Of a DNA stretch of 64,000 bases, positions 18,967-28,374 are shown in pieces. The stretch is from a virus. The DNA lies in the IMG/VR virus record IMGVR_UViG_3300042544_002482, positions 1 to 64,000 of that record; one strand, 5' to 3'. Numbering within the stretch: the first letter of the stretch is position 1; each line of letters begins with the position of its first letter. The notes under the pieces are model-generated. The model was not told the origin of the DNA. It was given only the letters and a program-made list of their open reading frames with translations, and searched no databases. Both the position numbers and the translations under genes were made by a program.

Positions 18967-21900
18967 CCCTTCCTGATCTAGAAGATGAAAAAGTTATTGT
19001 AACGACAGATGTACTTGTTGTAACAATCGATGATGGCCAAAACATATTATCAGAACTATCATAAACAAATACCGCCACGTCTTTTGTTCCTAAACTATGT
19101 GTTACTGTTACTGATGAAACACTACTGAATGATGTTGAGTATGATGAGTTAGCAACAGTTTTTACAACACTACCTGCAGAATACATCGCACCGGCAACAC
19201 TAAATAAACCATCCGACGCTCTTAATTCTGCCTTAACTGTTGGCGTTGTTTGAGTTGCAGTACCCGATTCCCATGTCCATCCATATCCTGTTTCACCTTC
19301 GATAAATCTTCTTAATGCCCAATTGGTAACGTATGTTCCCGCTGGTGCGGTAATGTTAGCATTTGGACCACAACCCGTAGCTGCTGCGGGTGACATGTAA
19401 TCACACCATGATGAATAACTCGTAGAATACCATGATATACCCGTACCCGCACCACTATCTCTCTTCATATTAATACCCTTGTTAGAGAATAATAAGTTAC
19501 CCGTCATGGTTCCGCCGGCTAAAGGTAATGCATTATCTGCCTTTGTTCCTTGAGCCGCAGTTGCAAAATCTCCAGTTGCACTATTTGCTGCTGTTCCAAA
19601 TGTTCTATATGCTAAAACATCTGTACCAATAACTAAACCTAAGTTTGTTCTGGCACCTGCTGCGGTTGTTGCACCGGTTCCACCATTTGCAACAGCAACT
19701 GTTCCTGAAACGTTGGATACCGTCTGTGATCCGATATTACCTGAATCAATAATTGTTTTCCAAGCCTGTGACGTGTTAATTGCAGTTGCTGAAAAACTTC
19801 TATAATATAAATTTCCATTAGAACTAAATCCTAATTGACTATAATAATTGTCTGGATGCCTATTAACAGTAAGGATACTATTTGAATTATCAACCGCCGC
19901 AAATAAACCAGTTTGTGGATTAGTAATTGCGTATGAATATCCAACAGTTCCATTACCATATTGAGTTGTTAATCCTCCCGATGCAGTTATGACTCCAGCA
20001 CTTGCAGCAGAACCGTCAACACTAACACCTGTCAATGTTTGAGACGCACTTGCCCTACCTAATGATATTGATGTTGTACCAATGTTAAAAGATGAATTTG
20101 CTAAATATGCGTTTGCGATTGCGGTACCATTCCATACACCCGTTGTAATTGTACCAACAGTAGCTAAGTTGGCTAACGATGTTAAACTTGTATTTGAACT
20201 CGCAGTTATATTAGCTGCGGTTCCACTTGTACTCTGATTAAATGTTGGTACGGAAGCTGTTACTGTTGAACTATCAGCTAATGTAATTGTAACCGTTGAA
20301 CTTGAAAAACCTAATGTTGATATTCTTTTATTATATGATGTGTTCCAATTCGATGCCGAACTAATATATGTGTCACCAATCGCAGTACCATTCCATACAC
20401 CTGTTGTAACTGTACCCATGTAAACAGTTCCATCACCATAAACCCTAAATAAATTATCCGCACCCCAATGCCCAAGACTTACGTAGTTACTATTTGATGC
20501 GGAACTAGACCAGTTATAACCTAAGTAACCAGCATTTTTTGTGTTACCAGCTTGACCGACAACTAGAAGGTTTGTTTGACCCGCAACCATATTCGCAGCA
20601 AAATTCTCTTGCGAATGTATAAAAGAGGCAGCAGTAGATGTGTTAATTTTTAATGTTGCCGAACCACCTGTTCCCGTTGAACCTACAATTAATTGACCAG
20701 TCATGGTGTCACCAGCCTTTAGTACAAAGGTTGTTAATTGTGCGGAACCTGATATTGTACCTGATGGTAATGATGATATTACTTGTGCCGACCCACTAAT
20801 AACTCCTGATGGTAATTGTGCTGATCCAGACCATATGCCTGTACCAGATAAAACTTGTGATGAACCTGATACTGTGCCAGAAGGTAATGAAGAAATAACT
20901 TGTGCCGAGCCCGAAATAACTCCTGATGGTAATTGTGCTGAACCAGACCAAATACCTGTTCCCAATAATACTTGTGAAGAACCTGATATTACACCCTCCG
21001 TATTTAATTCTTTTTTAACCCCATCTAAAAAGTGTACTGAACCAGTATCCAATGTTAATGTTCTTGTTGCGGCAATTGTACCTCCACCACTTAAACCATT
21101 ACCAGCGGATACTGAAACGGATGTGTGGTCAACGTGTTGATTTGCATCATAGTTTGTAGTTGCATTATGATTAACCTGCACAGAACCACTAATAACACCA
21201 TCAGTATTTAATTTACTTTTAATTGTTGTGTTGATTGAACTAGTAAATGAATTTAATGAACCCGTACTTGTTTCAATATTATTGATTCTAGTAATTTGTG
21301 TGTTAAATTCTGTTTCTCTTACTAATCTTTGTTCTGATCCTAATTGACCAGCAACCCAATAATCATTTGTTGAATCCCATAATAAAGATCCCGATATTTG
21401 ACTTGGTGCTGTTGTGTCTTTAACTCTTAAACCAGCAAATGTCGCACCACTACCATTTAAATTAATTAAGTTATTGTCGACATCAAGTGTTGACGTGTTT
21501 ACGTTTGTTGTTGTACCTTTAACTAAAAAGTCGCCCCTAACTGTTAAGTTAGATCCCGTTAATTCTATTGCTGTCAATAACGATGATGTGAAACTGTTTA
21601 AACTGCTAGTAGATGTTTCTATTGCAGTTATATTAGGGCTAGTTATGTTTCCTGTAACTTTTAAAGTTCCGGTTACTTCAGTATTTGAATTTATAGAAAC
21701 CTTCGTACCCGTATCTGTGATATTACTATCACCAATGTGTTCGTCGTTGATAGACTTTGGTAATCTATTATTTGTTAAATGGATTTCATTACCTAAATCG
21801 TCAAAGGTCTCCGGACCCATTATTAATAATGACGATGTAACGGATGTTTGATTTTGGTGAACGAATATCCATTCGTTCTCAGTAGCGTCAAATAACAACG

Positions 21901-24406
21901 ACCCAGATACTTGTGGTGAAGAACCACTATCAATAACCGCCAATCCTCCAAATCTTAATGCTGGGTTCTGTGCGTTAACTGTGATAATATTATCAGCAAT
22001 GTTAACAACAGATGAGCTGATATGTTGAATCGAAGATGATCCAGCAACTATTAAGTTTTCTGAAATATATAATGAACCTGTTATTGTTTGATTACCTTGA
22101 TATATATTCGACCCTGTAGTTGCATAACTTCCGGTTTTACCTTCAATAGAATCTAATCTATTATTTTGTCCTAAATTTGTTGTTGCAACCGATGAAGATA
22201 AACTTCCAATACTTGAACTTAGTCCAGATGTTGTTGTTGCAACTGATGAACTTAAACTTGTTATTGTACTTGTTAATCCAGATGTTGTTGTAGCAATACT
22301 AGAACTTAATCCATTTGTTGTTGTTGCAACAGAAGAACTTAATCCATTGATTGCAGTACCAACACTAGAACTCAATTCACTAATGCTTGTAGATACGCTT
22401 GAACTAAATGTTGAATAACCAGTTGTTCCTGTAATTAAAACTTGAACACTACCAGATATTACTGATTCAGTATTAAGTTTATTTTTAATTGTTGTATCAA
22501 TAGAAGATGTGAACGAGTTTAATGAACCAGTTGAAGTTTCAATGCTCGTTAATCTACCATTTTGAGTATCGTTAGTTGTACTAAGTGATGATGATATGCT
22601 TCCAATACTAGAACTAAGCCCCGATGTTGTTGTGGCAACCGACGAACTTAAAGTATCAATTGATGCACTAATACTTGAACTTAATGATGCAACACTTGCA
22701 GATAAACTTGTTGATATACTTGAGCTAAATGTTGAATACCCCGTAGTTCCAGTAATCAGTACTTGGATACTACCAGATATCACAGACTCAGTGTTAATTT
22801 TATTTTTAATTGTTGTATCAATTGAACTAGTAAATGTATTTAAACTACTCGTTGCGGATTCAATACTACCTAATCTACCATTTTGGGTATCATTAGTAGA
22901 ACTAAATGAAGAAGAGACACTTCCAATACTTGAACTTAATCCAGATGTGGTCGTTGCCACTGAAGAACTTAAAGAAGTTATCGACGCACTAAGACCTGAC
23001 GTTACTCCTTCAACAGATGAACTTAATGAACCTATACTTGAACTTAAACCAGATGTTGTTGTGGCGACGCTAGAACTTAATGCTCCGATACTTGTAGAAA
23101 CACTAGAACTAAATGTTGAATATCCCGTTGTACCCGTGATTAAAACTTGAACACTTCCCGATATAACCGTTTCTGTGTTAAGTTTATTTTTAATTGTTGT
23201 ATCAATAGAACTAGTAAATGTGTTATATGATGATGTGGAATTTTCAATTGCAAATAATCTACCATCGTTTGATGATGTATACGATTGGAAAGTTGTTTCA
23301 TCTAACTTACCTGTACCAATCGCTTGACCATTTAATGATATTGACCCACTTATATTAGCGACACCAAAAAGATTAATTGAACCTGTAACATCTACAGAAC
23401 CAGTTACCACTAATGACCCACTTGTTCTTTGAATGTTTGTAAAGTTATTTGACCCCGTTGTGGCAAATGTTGTTGTATCTACGTTAATTAGTCCAATATT
23501 GGATTGACCATGTAGAAAATCCGAATATACCGTTATAGAATTACCCATCCCAACGTGATGGTCACACCAATAATAGAGTGTTGCGGCGGTGGCATCGGTA
23601 ACATCAACTTCAACATAAAAAGGGTCGAGATTGGTTGTTATTCCAGTGGTATATGTTGTACCTCCATTGTGTTCCCCATCGTTGGTTAAAGAGAAAAGTA
23701 ATGGATGTGTCTCATTGTTATTAAAATAAAATCTGTATTTGAAACCCCTAATGAAGGATAGTCTTGGGGATTTAACTCCGTTAACATAATATTTCCCACC
23801 ACCATCTGTTATGGTCATATCAACAATGTTGTTACTACCTAAATTTACTTTGTTAAGTTTTAACGCTCCCGTAATTTCGGTATTTGAGTTAACTCTTAAA
23901 CCATTTGCAGAAGAAATTGATGCTGTGGCACTTCCATCCGCAATCCGTGTTAAATTAAGACCCGTAACTCCACTTGCTGGTATGTTATATATATTTGAAC
24001 CATCTCCCTTTAAAGAACCTGATATTTGTCCTGTGACAGTCAAAGCCCCCGTAATTTCGGTATTTGTATTAACCCTTAAACCATCCGTACTTGAGATTGA
24101 TGCGGTTGACGAACCTTGACCTATTTGGGATAAGTTTAACCCTGTGATTCCACTTGATGGGATATTATATAAACCTGACCCCTCTCCTTTAAATGAACCA
24201 GTAAATGAACCTGTGGTATAAGAACCAGTAAAAGTATGAAAGCTAGAAGTTAGTGTGTATTTTGGGGCCTCGGATGCGCTTATAGCGTTATCGGTTGTTC
24301 CAGATATGGTACCACGAATGGTTCCAAGTACTGTTAAATCACCTGAAATTTCACCTGAACCCGATACTGATAGGGAGCCCGATATAAGTGGATCAAATAT
24401 ATTCAT
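18950..24406 (-). CDS. large Ser/Thr/Gly-rich tail/head fibre protein with cupredoxin-like insert
   Basis: SGS repeats, LPLAGGTMTG fibre motif, Ser-rich coiled-coil repeats, HPL...YYWCDHHVGMG. Confidence 0.8.
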   Translation of the reverse strand: MNIFDPLISGSLSVSGSGEISGDLTVLGTIRGTISGTTDNAISASEAPKYTLTSSFHTFTGSYTTGSFTGSFKGEGSGLYNIPSSGITGLNLSQIGQGSSTASISSTDGLRVNTNTEITGALTVTGQISGSLKGDGSNIYNIPASGVTGLNLTRIADGSATASISSANGLRVNSNTEITGALKLNKVNLGSNNIVDMTITDGGGKYYVNGVKSPRLSFIRGFKYRFYFNNNETHPLLFSLTNDGEHNGGTTYTTGITTNLDPFYVEVDVTDATAATLYYWCDHHVGMGNSITVYSDFLHGQSNIGLINVDTTTFATTGSNNFTNIQRTSGSLVVTGSVDVTGSINLFGVANISGSISLNGQAIGTGKLDETTFQSYTSSNDGRLFAIENSTSSYNTFTSSIDTTIKNKLNTETVISGSVQVLITGTTGYSTFSSSVSTSIGALSSSVATTTSGLSSSIGSLSSSVEGVTSGLSASITSLSSSVATTTSGLSSSIGSVSSSFSSTNDTQNGRLGSIESATSSLNTFTSSIDTTIKNKINTESVISGSIQVLITGTTGYSTFSSSISTSLSASVASLSSSISASIDTLSSSVATTTSGLSSSIGSISSSLSTTNDTQNGRLTSIETSTGSLNSFTSSIDTTIKNKLNTESVISGSVQVLITGTTGYSTFSSSVSTSISELSSSVGTAINGLSSSVATTTNGLSSSIATTTSGLTSTITSLSSSVATTTSGLSSSIGSLSSSVATTNLGQNNRLDSIEGKTGSYATTGSNIYQGNQTITGSLYISENLIVAGSSSIQHISSSVVNIADNIITVNAQNPALRFGGLAVIDSGSSPQVSGSLLFDATENEWIFVHQNQTSVTSSLLIMGPETFDDLGNEIHLTNNRLPKSINDEHIGDSNITDTGTKVSINSNTEVTGTLKVTGNITSPNITAIETSTSSLNSFTSSLLTAIELTGSNLTVRGDFLVKGTTTNVNTSTLDVDNNLINLNGSGATFAGLRVKDTTAPSQISGSLLWDSTNDYWVAGQLGSEQRLVRETEFNTQITRINNIETSTGSLNSFTSSINTTIKSKLNTDGVISGSVQVNHNATTNYDANQHVDHTSVSVSAGNGLSGGGTIAATRTLTLDTGSVHFLDGVKKELNTEGVISGSSQVLLGTGIWSGSAQLPSGVISGSAQVISSLPSGTVSGSSQVLSGTGIWSGSAQLPSGVISGSAQVISSLPSGTISGSAQLTTFVLKAGDTMTGQLIVGSTGTGGSATLKINTSTAASFIHSQENFAANMVAGQTNLLVVGQAGNTKNAGYLGYNWSSSASNSNYVSLGHWGADNLFRVYGDGTVYMGTVTTGVWNGTAIGDTYISSASNWNTSYNKRISTLGFSSSTVTITLADSSTVTASVPTFNQSTSGTAANITASSNTSLTSLANLATVGTITTGVWNGTAIANAYLANSSFNIGTTSISLGRASASQTLTGVSVDGSAASAGVITASGGLTTQYGNGTVGYSYAITNPQTGLFAAVDNSNSILTVNRHPDNYYSQLGFSSNGNLYYRSFSATAINTSQAWKTIIDSGNIGSQTVSNVSGTVAVANGGTGATTAAGARTNLGLVIGTDVLAYRTFGTAANSATGDFATAAQGTKADNALPLAGGTMTGNLLFSNKGINMKRDSGAGTGISWYSTSYSSWCDYMSPAAATGCGPNANITAPAGTYVTNWALRRFIEGETGYGWTWESGTATQTTPTVKAELRASDGLFSVAGAMYSAGSVVKTVANSSYSTSFSSVSSVTVTHSLGTKDVAVFVYDSSDNMFWPSSIVTTSTSVVTITFSSSRSGRVVVVR
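22190..23280 (-). repeat. intragenic repeats: three copies of a GRL..IE.ST...IDTTIKNKLNTE.VISGS.QVLITGTTGYSTFSSS block separated by 7/11-residue Ser-rich units
   Basis: Visible in the 1818-aa translation; coordinates approximate. Confidence 0.8.
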
Positions 24407-24428
24407 CTAAATGTGTGTTATTTACTTA

Positions 24429-24436
24429 GATAAATA
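24429..24436 (-). promoter_or_regulatory. TATTTATC late-promoter-like motif
   Basis: Upstream of the 1818-aa fibre; flanks resemble 55749-55775. Confidence 0.45.
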
Positions 24437-24464
24437 CTTAAAGATATGATTATGTCTCCACATT

Positions 24465-24490
24465 AAACCCTTAAAATGTTTTAAGGGTTT
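24465..24490. terminator. inverted repeat, putative terminator ending the ATP-grasp/Hint-sulfotransferase-GNAT unit
   Basis: AAACCCTTAAAA-TG-TTTTAAGGGTTT, perfect 12-bp arms, just after the GNAT stop. Confidence 0.55.
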
Positions 24491-24497
24491 CTTGGGT

Positions 24498-24932
24498 TTA
24501 ATTTGTGGGGTTAAACCCTAATTTTTCAAAAACTTTTTGAGATTTCACATTCCATTCGTCAATATCAGCCACAATTACCCCACTCGTATGGTTTTTTATT
24601 AATAAATATAGTAAATCGGTGGCACCGTAGTTTCTATTGGTTATATCAATTCCAATAAAGACATTATATATATAATACTCAAATTCATTGAGTGATTTTA
24701 ACCAACAATATCCCACAAGATTATTTTCATAATATCCAACAAACAATTTTTCACCATTATTGATACGTTTGTTAGCCTCATTTAAATCAAACATATTATC
24801 CCACGTAATCTTAGAATTAAATAAATCAATACAACGTTTAATAACATCGCCATCTGCTGTTTCTACTATCTTAAAATCCAGGTGAATGTTACGTTCTATT
24901 AAGTCTTCGTAGTTTAATTTATATTTTATCAT
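24498..24932 (-). CDS. GNAT-family N-acetyltransferase
   Basis: LVGYCW, NRNYGAT acetyl-CoA loop, N.KSQKVFEKLGF. Confidence 0.8.
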   Translation of the reverse strand: MIKYKLNYEDLIERNIHLDFKIVETADGDVIKRCIDLFNSKITWDNMFDLNEANKRINNGEKLFVGYYENNLVGYCWLKSLNEFEYYIYNVFIGIDITNRNYGATDLLYLLIKNHTSGVIVADIDEWNVKSQKVFEKLGFNPTN

Positions 24933-24937
24933 TTATA

Positions 24938-25525
24938 TTAAATAAGATTTGTTCTTTTATTAACATCTATTCTATATTTACCTCCTATTGGGAAATTTAT
25001 ATTTTCAACGCAGTCCAAATTTAAATAATCGACTATTTTTTGAAATCCGTTTTCATTGTACAATTCCTCGTATGATATTTTAAAATGGGTTGGGTCGGTT
25101 AAGTACCGTTCTCTAAAAGTTTTTTTTAATTCTCTAAAAAAATTAACTTCCGTTTCGTCTAATTTAAAGTCACCCTTAAGGTACACCCATCGATTGCTCC
25201 AGTTATTTGTTTTCTTAGCATTTACCCAAGACTCAATTTGTCCAGATTCATTTTTTCGATACAAACAAATTACCTTGTCCGAAATATTGGTAAACTCAGA
25301 ATAATCTTTATAATGATAAAAATCTTCTTTAATTAGTACATGTTCTGTTTTATATTCGTAATTTTTAGGTGAAATCTCGTTTTGATACCATTTATCATCT
25401 AATGAGTTTATGTGTTCTGGTGGGATATCTGGATTAAACAATATGGTAAAATTTTTATTATAATAAAACCAATTCGCTAAATTAGTTGATCCACTTCTAG
25501 GTTCACATAATAATAGTATAACCAT
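24938..25525 (-). CDS. sulfotransferase-like protein
   Basis: PRSGSTNL 5'-PSB loop; CLYRKN..QIESW; ISYEEL. Confidence 0.75.
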   Translation of the reverse strand: MVILLLCEPRSGSTNLANWFYYNKNFTILFNPDIPPEHINSLDDKWYQNEISPKNYEYKTEHVLIKEDFYHYKDYSEFTNISDKVICLYRKNESGQIESWVNAKKTNNWSNRWVYLKGDFKLDETEVNFFRELKKTFRERYLTDPTHFKISYEELYNENGFQKIVDYLNLDCVENINFPIGGKYRIDVNKRTNLI

Positions 25526-25528
25526 ATT

Positions 25529-26254
25529 TTATATTAATGTATTTCGAGAGATAAAACGTTTTTCAAAGTTATCGAAAACCCATTTTTTTAACTTATCATC
25601 TTTTATGATGTTGTTTTTTATTGGGTGACTTTTATTTATTCTATCTACCTTAAAATCAATATCATATCTCTCACTAATAAATTTTTCAAATTTATCAATC
25701 TCAGTAATGTCAAATTCATAAGTGCATTTTTGGTTATCAACCCAATATGATTGAGATTGTAACAATATGAGTGGGTTAAAAGTGTGGTCTATATTTTTAG
25801 GTATATTTTTGGTGAATTTATATATTATCGATTTGTTAAACTCTCTCATTTTAATTATGTCATCATATTTCGTTAAATCGGTTTTCATTTCCCCAATCGA
25901 ATAAATTGAATCCACATAATCATTAGTAAAATTATTATATATAAAATCGTTGTTGATGTCCTCCCATTTTACAGATATTTTAATACCTGCAATTTCGTAC
26001 ATATTCCAAACATGTTGTAGTGCGCTTATCCATCTATCAAAATAATTCCTTTTAACAACTACGGTTTCCATTTTTCCAAAATTTACATATAGTTCAGATA
26101 ACTTAACGTGTATGTGTTTTGGGTACTCTCTAGCCGTTCCAAATCTATGGTGATTAATTATAAGTGGAGAATTAAGAATAGAACGTTCTATTGATGTACT
26201 GGCACATCTCGGAACTGATACCCATATTAAATCATTATTTATACATATAGACAT
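25529..26254 (-). CDS. sulfotransferase family 2-like protein
   Basis: VPRCASTSI, KRNYFDRWISAL, SQSYW. Confidence 0.75.
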   Translation of the reverse strand: MSICINNDLIWVSVPRCASTSIERSILNSPLIINHHRFGTAREYPKHIHVKLSELYVNFGKMETVVVKRNYFDRWISALQHVWNMYEIAGIKISVKWEDINNDFIYNNFTNDYVDSIYSIGEMKTDLTKYDDIIKMREFNKSIIYKFTKNIPKNIDHTFNPLILLQSQSYWVDNQKCTYEFDITEIDKFEKFISERYDIDFKVDRINKSHPIKNNIIKDDKLKKWVFDNFEKRFISRNTLI

Positions 26255-26260
26255 AATAAA

Positions 26261-26542
26261 CTAAATAAATGTTTTATTAGTTTTTTCCACTATTTTGTAT
26301 TTTTTATCAATTTCTTCCCATTTCCCTAATGGGCACGGGTTATATTCTATACTAAAAATTTTTTTGGATATTGGGCAACCGCATTCACCACAAACTGTGG
26401 CAAGTTTTAATTTTTTAGTAATTACTTTTCTTGATGGACACACTTCACATATCTCACCTCTTTCAATTGATTTGTTTAATTGAGTTTGACTTGGGTTAAA
26501 GCTAATAATCCACGCATCGATTATCTCCTTAATATTAATCAT
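26261..26542 (-). CDS. small Cys-rich metal-binding protein
   Basis: R.EICEVCP...CGECGC.I..K......CPLGKW. Confidence 0.75.
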   Translation of the reverse strand: MINIKEIIDAWIISFNPSQTQLNKSIERGEICEVCPSRKVITKKLKLATVCGECGCPISKKIFSIEYNPCPLGKWEEIDKKYKIVEKTNKTFI

Positions 26543-26547
26543 TTTTT

Positions 26548-26625
26548 TTAACTATTGGTTTGTACAATTAGATTCCCTATTTCGGTAACCATTGAGTCTG
26601 TAAGTTGTTTTTCTTGATTTGTCAT
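26548..26625 (-). CDS. unannotated 25-aa ORF MTNQEKQLTDSMVTEIGNLIVQTNS
   Basis: Fills the gap between 26653 and 26542; ATG preceded by A-rich sequence like other genes; stop lies 5 nt before the next ATG. Confidence 0.55.
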   Translation of the reverse strand: MTNQEKQLTDSMVTEIGNLIVQTNS

Positions 26626-26652
26626 ATCTTTTCTTGATTAATAATTTATTTT

Positions 26653-28131
26653 TTAATTTATACAATACTCACAGACTGCAAATGGGCCACAACATTGTCC
26701 CTTGGGGCAACTACCTTGTCCGTAGTATGGTGTACCAAAACAACTAGCATAGTTATGTTCAACGGCGGCAAAATAAGACACGTATGTAGTTGTTGGGTTA
26801 TCAGTTGATGTTAAAAACAAATGTGCTCTTTCTACACCAATTGTCCATCCTGAAAATTCTTCATCCACAATATTGATTGATTGAACAATTTTTTCCACTA
26901 TTTGAACATTTTCATTTTCCGATGTATCTATAAGTAAAACAACATTTCCTGGAACAAAATCCATTATTTTAACGAATTTAATTTCATTATTTTCGTAAAT
27001 TAAATAACTTGAGTTAATGGTATCAAACCATTCTGTTTCATCGGTAAACGTTATTTTAGCAATTTCTACATTAATATCAATTCTTTTTTTGCTTATAATT
27101 TTGTTTGTACTATAAACTACACCATCCAAAAAAGTTTGCATATCAATTTGATAATTCGCTAAAACGTTTACCGCATCGATATTATCAGCATTAGGGATGT
27201 CTATAGTTCTAACAATATCCCCAATTTGTAAATCTAATCCACTTTTTGTTGAACCATCGGCCATAATAACATAATCGTCATCCAATAATTTTGGAAGGTT
27301 GATTTTAAAATCTGAAGTGTAATAAATATTTCTGTAAAGATTATCGATTTCAAACGTTTCATCACTATAAGTGACATTATTTGTTAATTTTTGAATTGCG
27401 ATGTCGGTATACCCCCCTATGTGAATAGATTCTAAATTTGGGGGGAATAACATACTTATTTTTCTAATCTTAGTTACCTTATTAGAGTATACCTTCGATT
27501 CGTTAAAATAATATGGCATTAAAAAATAATCTTCAGTAACGTTTTGTAAAACAAGGTCCAATTCTGTTTGATTTGTCACCTTATAAAACTTAGGATAAAC
27601 TTCCTTATTATAAGCGGGTTTTATAGCTTTTAAAATAAAATTAGGATGTATCCCATTGTCTTGAATGTTTGTTATATTATTTATTAGGACATCTTCATCA
27701 TTTAAATAAGCGAATTCCGAACCAAATTCACTATCCTTAATCAAATTTAGATATTCAATTTTATTAGCACAATAGGAACTATCCAATATAGCCGTGGTGT
27801 CAAATGAAGTCCTCACAATTAAATGTGTTTCACTATCTTCAATATATGGAATTGTTATCGAATTTGGGGCGGTAGCTATTGTTTCAAATTCCAAAGATAA
27901 ATTTGCGGCTACGTTCTGAATTTGTTCTTTAATTTTAACGTTAGCCCCCATATATGTTATCTTCGTAAACAAATTTGAGGTGACAAAATTCTGAAAATCC
28001 GTCATATCAAATACTTCATTATCGTTTTCTATTTTTTGTGTGGAATATCCGATATTCGTATTCATCTCAATAGGTCTTAAATTACCCCCTGAATCGTAGA
28101 CAAAATCCAAACCAACTATTACTGCTCTCAT
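26653..28131 (-). CDS. circularly permuted ATP-grasp-like domain + Hint domain + C-terminal 32-aa six-Cys peptide
   Basis: N-terminal GLDF...IEMNTN and ILK; Hint block A-like LLDDDYVIMADGSTK..DLQIGDIV; block F WTIGVERAHLFL; terminal EHN followed by YASC...CIN. Confidence 0.75.
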   Translation of the reverse strand: MRAVIVGLDFVYDSGGNLRPIEMNTNIGYSTQKIENDNEVFDMTDFQNFVTSNLFTKITYMGANVKIKEQIQNVAANLSLEFETIATAPNSITIPYIEDSETHLIVRTSFDTTAILDSSYCANKIEYLNLIKDSEFGSEFAYLNDEDVLINNITNIQDNGIHPNFILKAIKPAYNKEVYPKFYKVTNQTELDLVLQNVTEDYFLMPYYFNESKVYSNKVTKIRKISMLFPPNLESIHIGGYTDIAIQKLTNNVTYSDETFEIDNLYRNIYYTSDFKINLPKLLDDDYVIMADGSTKSGLDLQIGDIVRTIDIPNADNIDAVNVLANYQIDMQTFLDGVVYSTNKIISKKRIDINVEIAKITFTDETEWFDTINSSYLIYENNEIKFVKIMDFVPGNVVLLIDTSENENVQIVEKIVQSINIVDEEFSGWTIGVERAHLFLTSTDNPTTTYVSYFAAVEHNYASCFGTPYYGQGSCPKGQCCGPFAVCEYCIN

Positions 28132-28149
28132 ATTATTTTCTTATTTTTA

Positions 28150-28157
28150 TATAAATA
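28150..28157 (-). promoter_or_regulatory. TATTTATA putative late-promoter motif upstream of the ATP-grasp/Hint gene
   Basis: Exact match to the motif found before fibre genes. Confidence 0.45.
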
Positions 28158-28158
28158 T

Positions 28159-28374
28159 CTATTTTTTATCTTTTAATCCGTATTTAATCCATCTATACCA
28201 TATCCTCTCATGAAGATAATATTGAATGGGTTTATATACCAACTCAGCAACCCCAAACGCGGCTCCAACCTTAATTGAACCACTTATTAACCACATTAAA
28301 CCAAATCCAATTAAAGTACTTATAATTCGATATGAAATGGTTTTAGCAATGTGTCTCCTACGCTCTACAATCAT
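28159..28374 (-). CDS. DUF2061-like small membrane protein
   Basis: RHIAKTISYRII...YYLHERIW. Confidence 0.75.
   Translation of the reverse strand: MIVERRRHIAKTISYRIISTLIGFGLMWLISGSIKVGAAFGVAELVYKPIQYYLHERIWYRWIKYGLKDKK

Noticed and set aside
22190-23280. CRISPR array or non-coding repeat array
   Set aside because: Repeats are degenerate, in frame and protein-level; no constant repeat with unique spacers was seen anywhere in the window
20703-24119. Long plus-strand ORFs opposite the fibre genes (also 54126-54773, 58998-59324, 48868-49386 and similar)
   Set aside because: Antisense shadows of low-complexity or stop-poor coding sequence; no motifs or expression signals
26752-27291. Canonical mobile intein
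   Set aside because: No Cys/Ser at position 1, no block-B His, Tyr at +1 and no endonuclease; reinterpreted as a cleavage-only Hint
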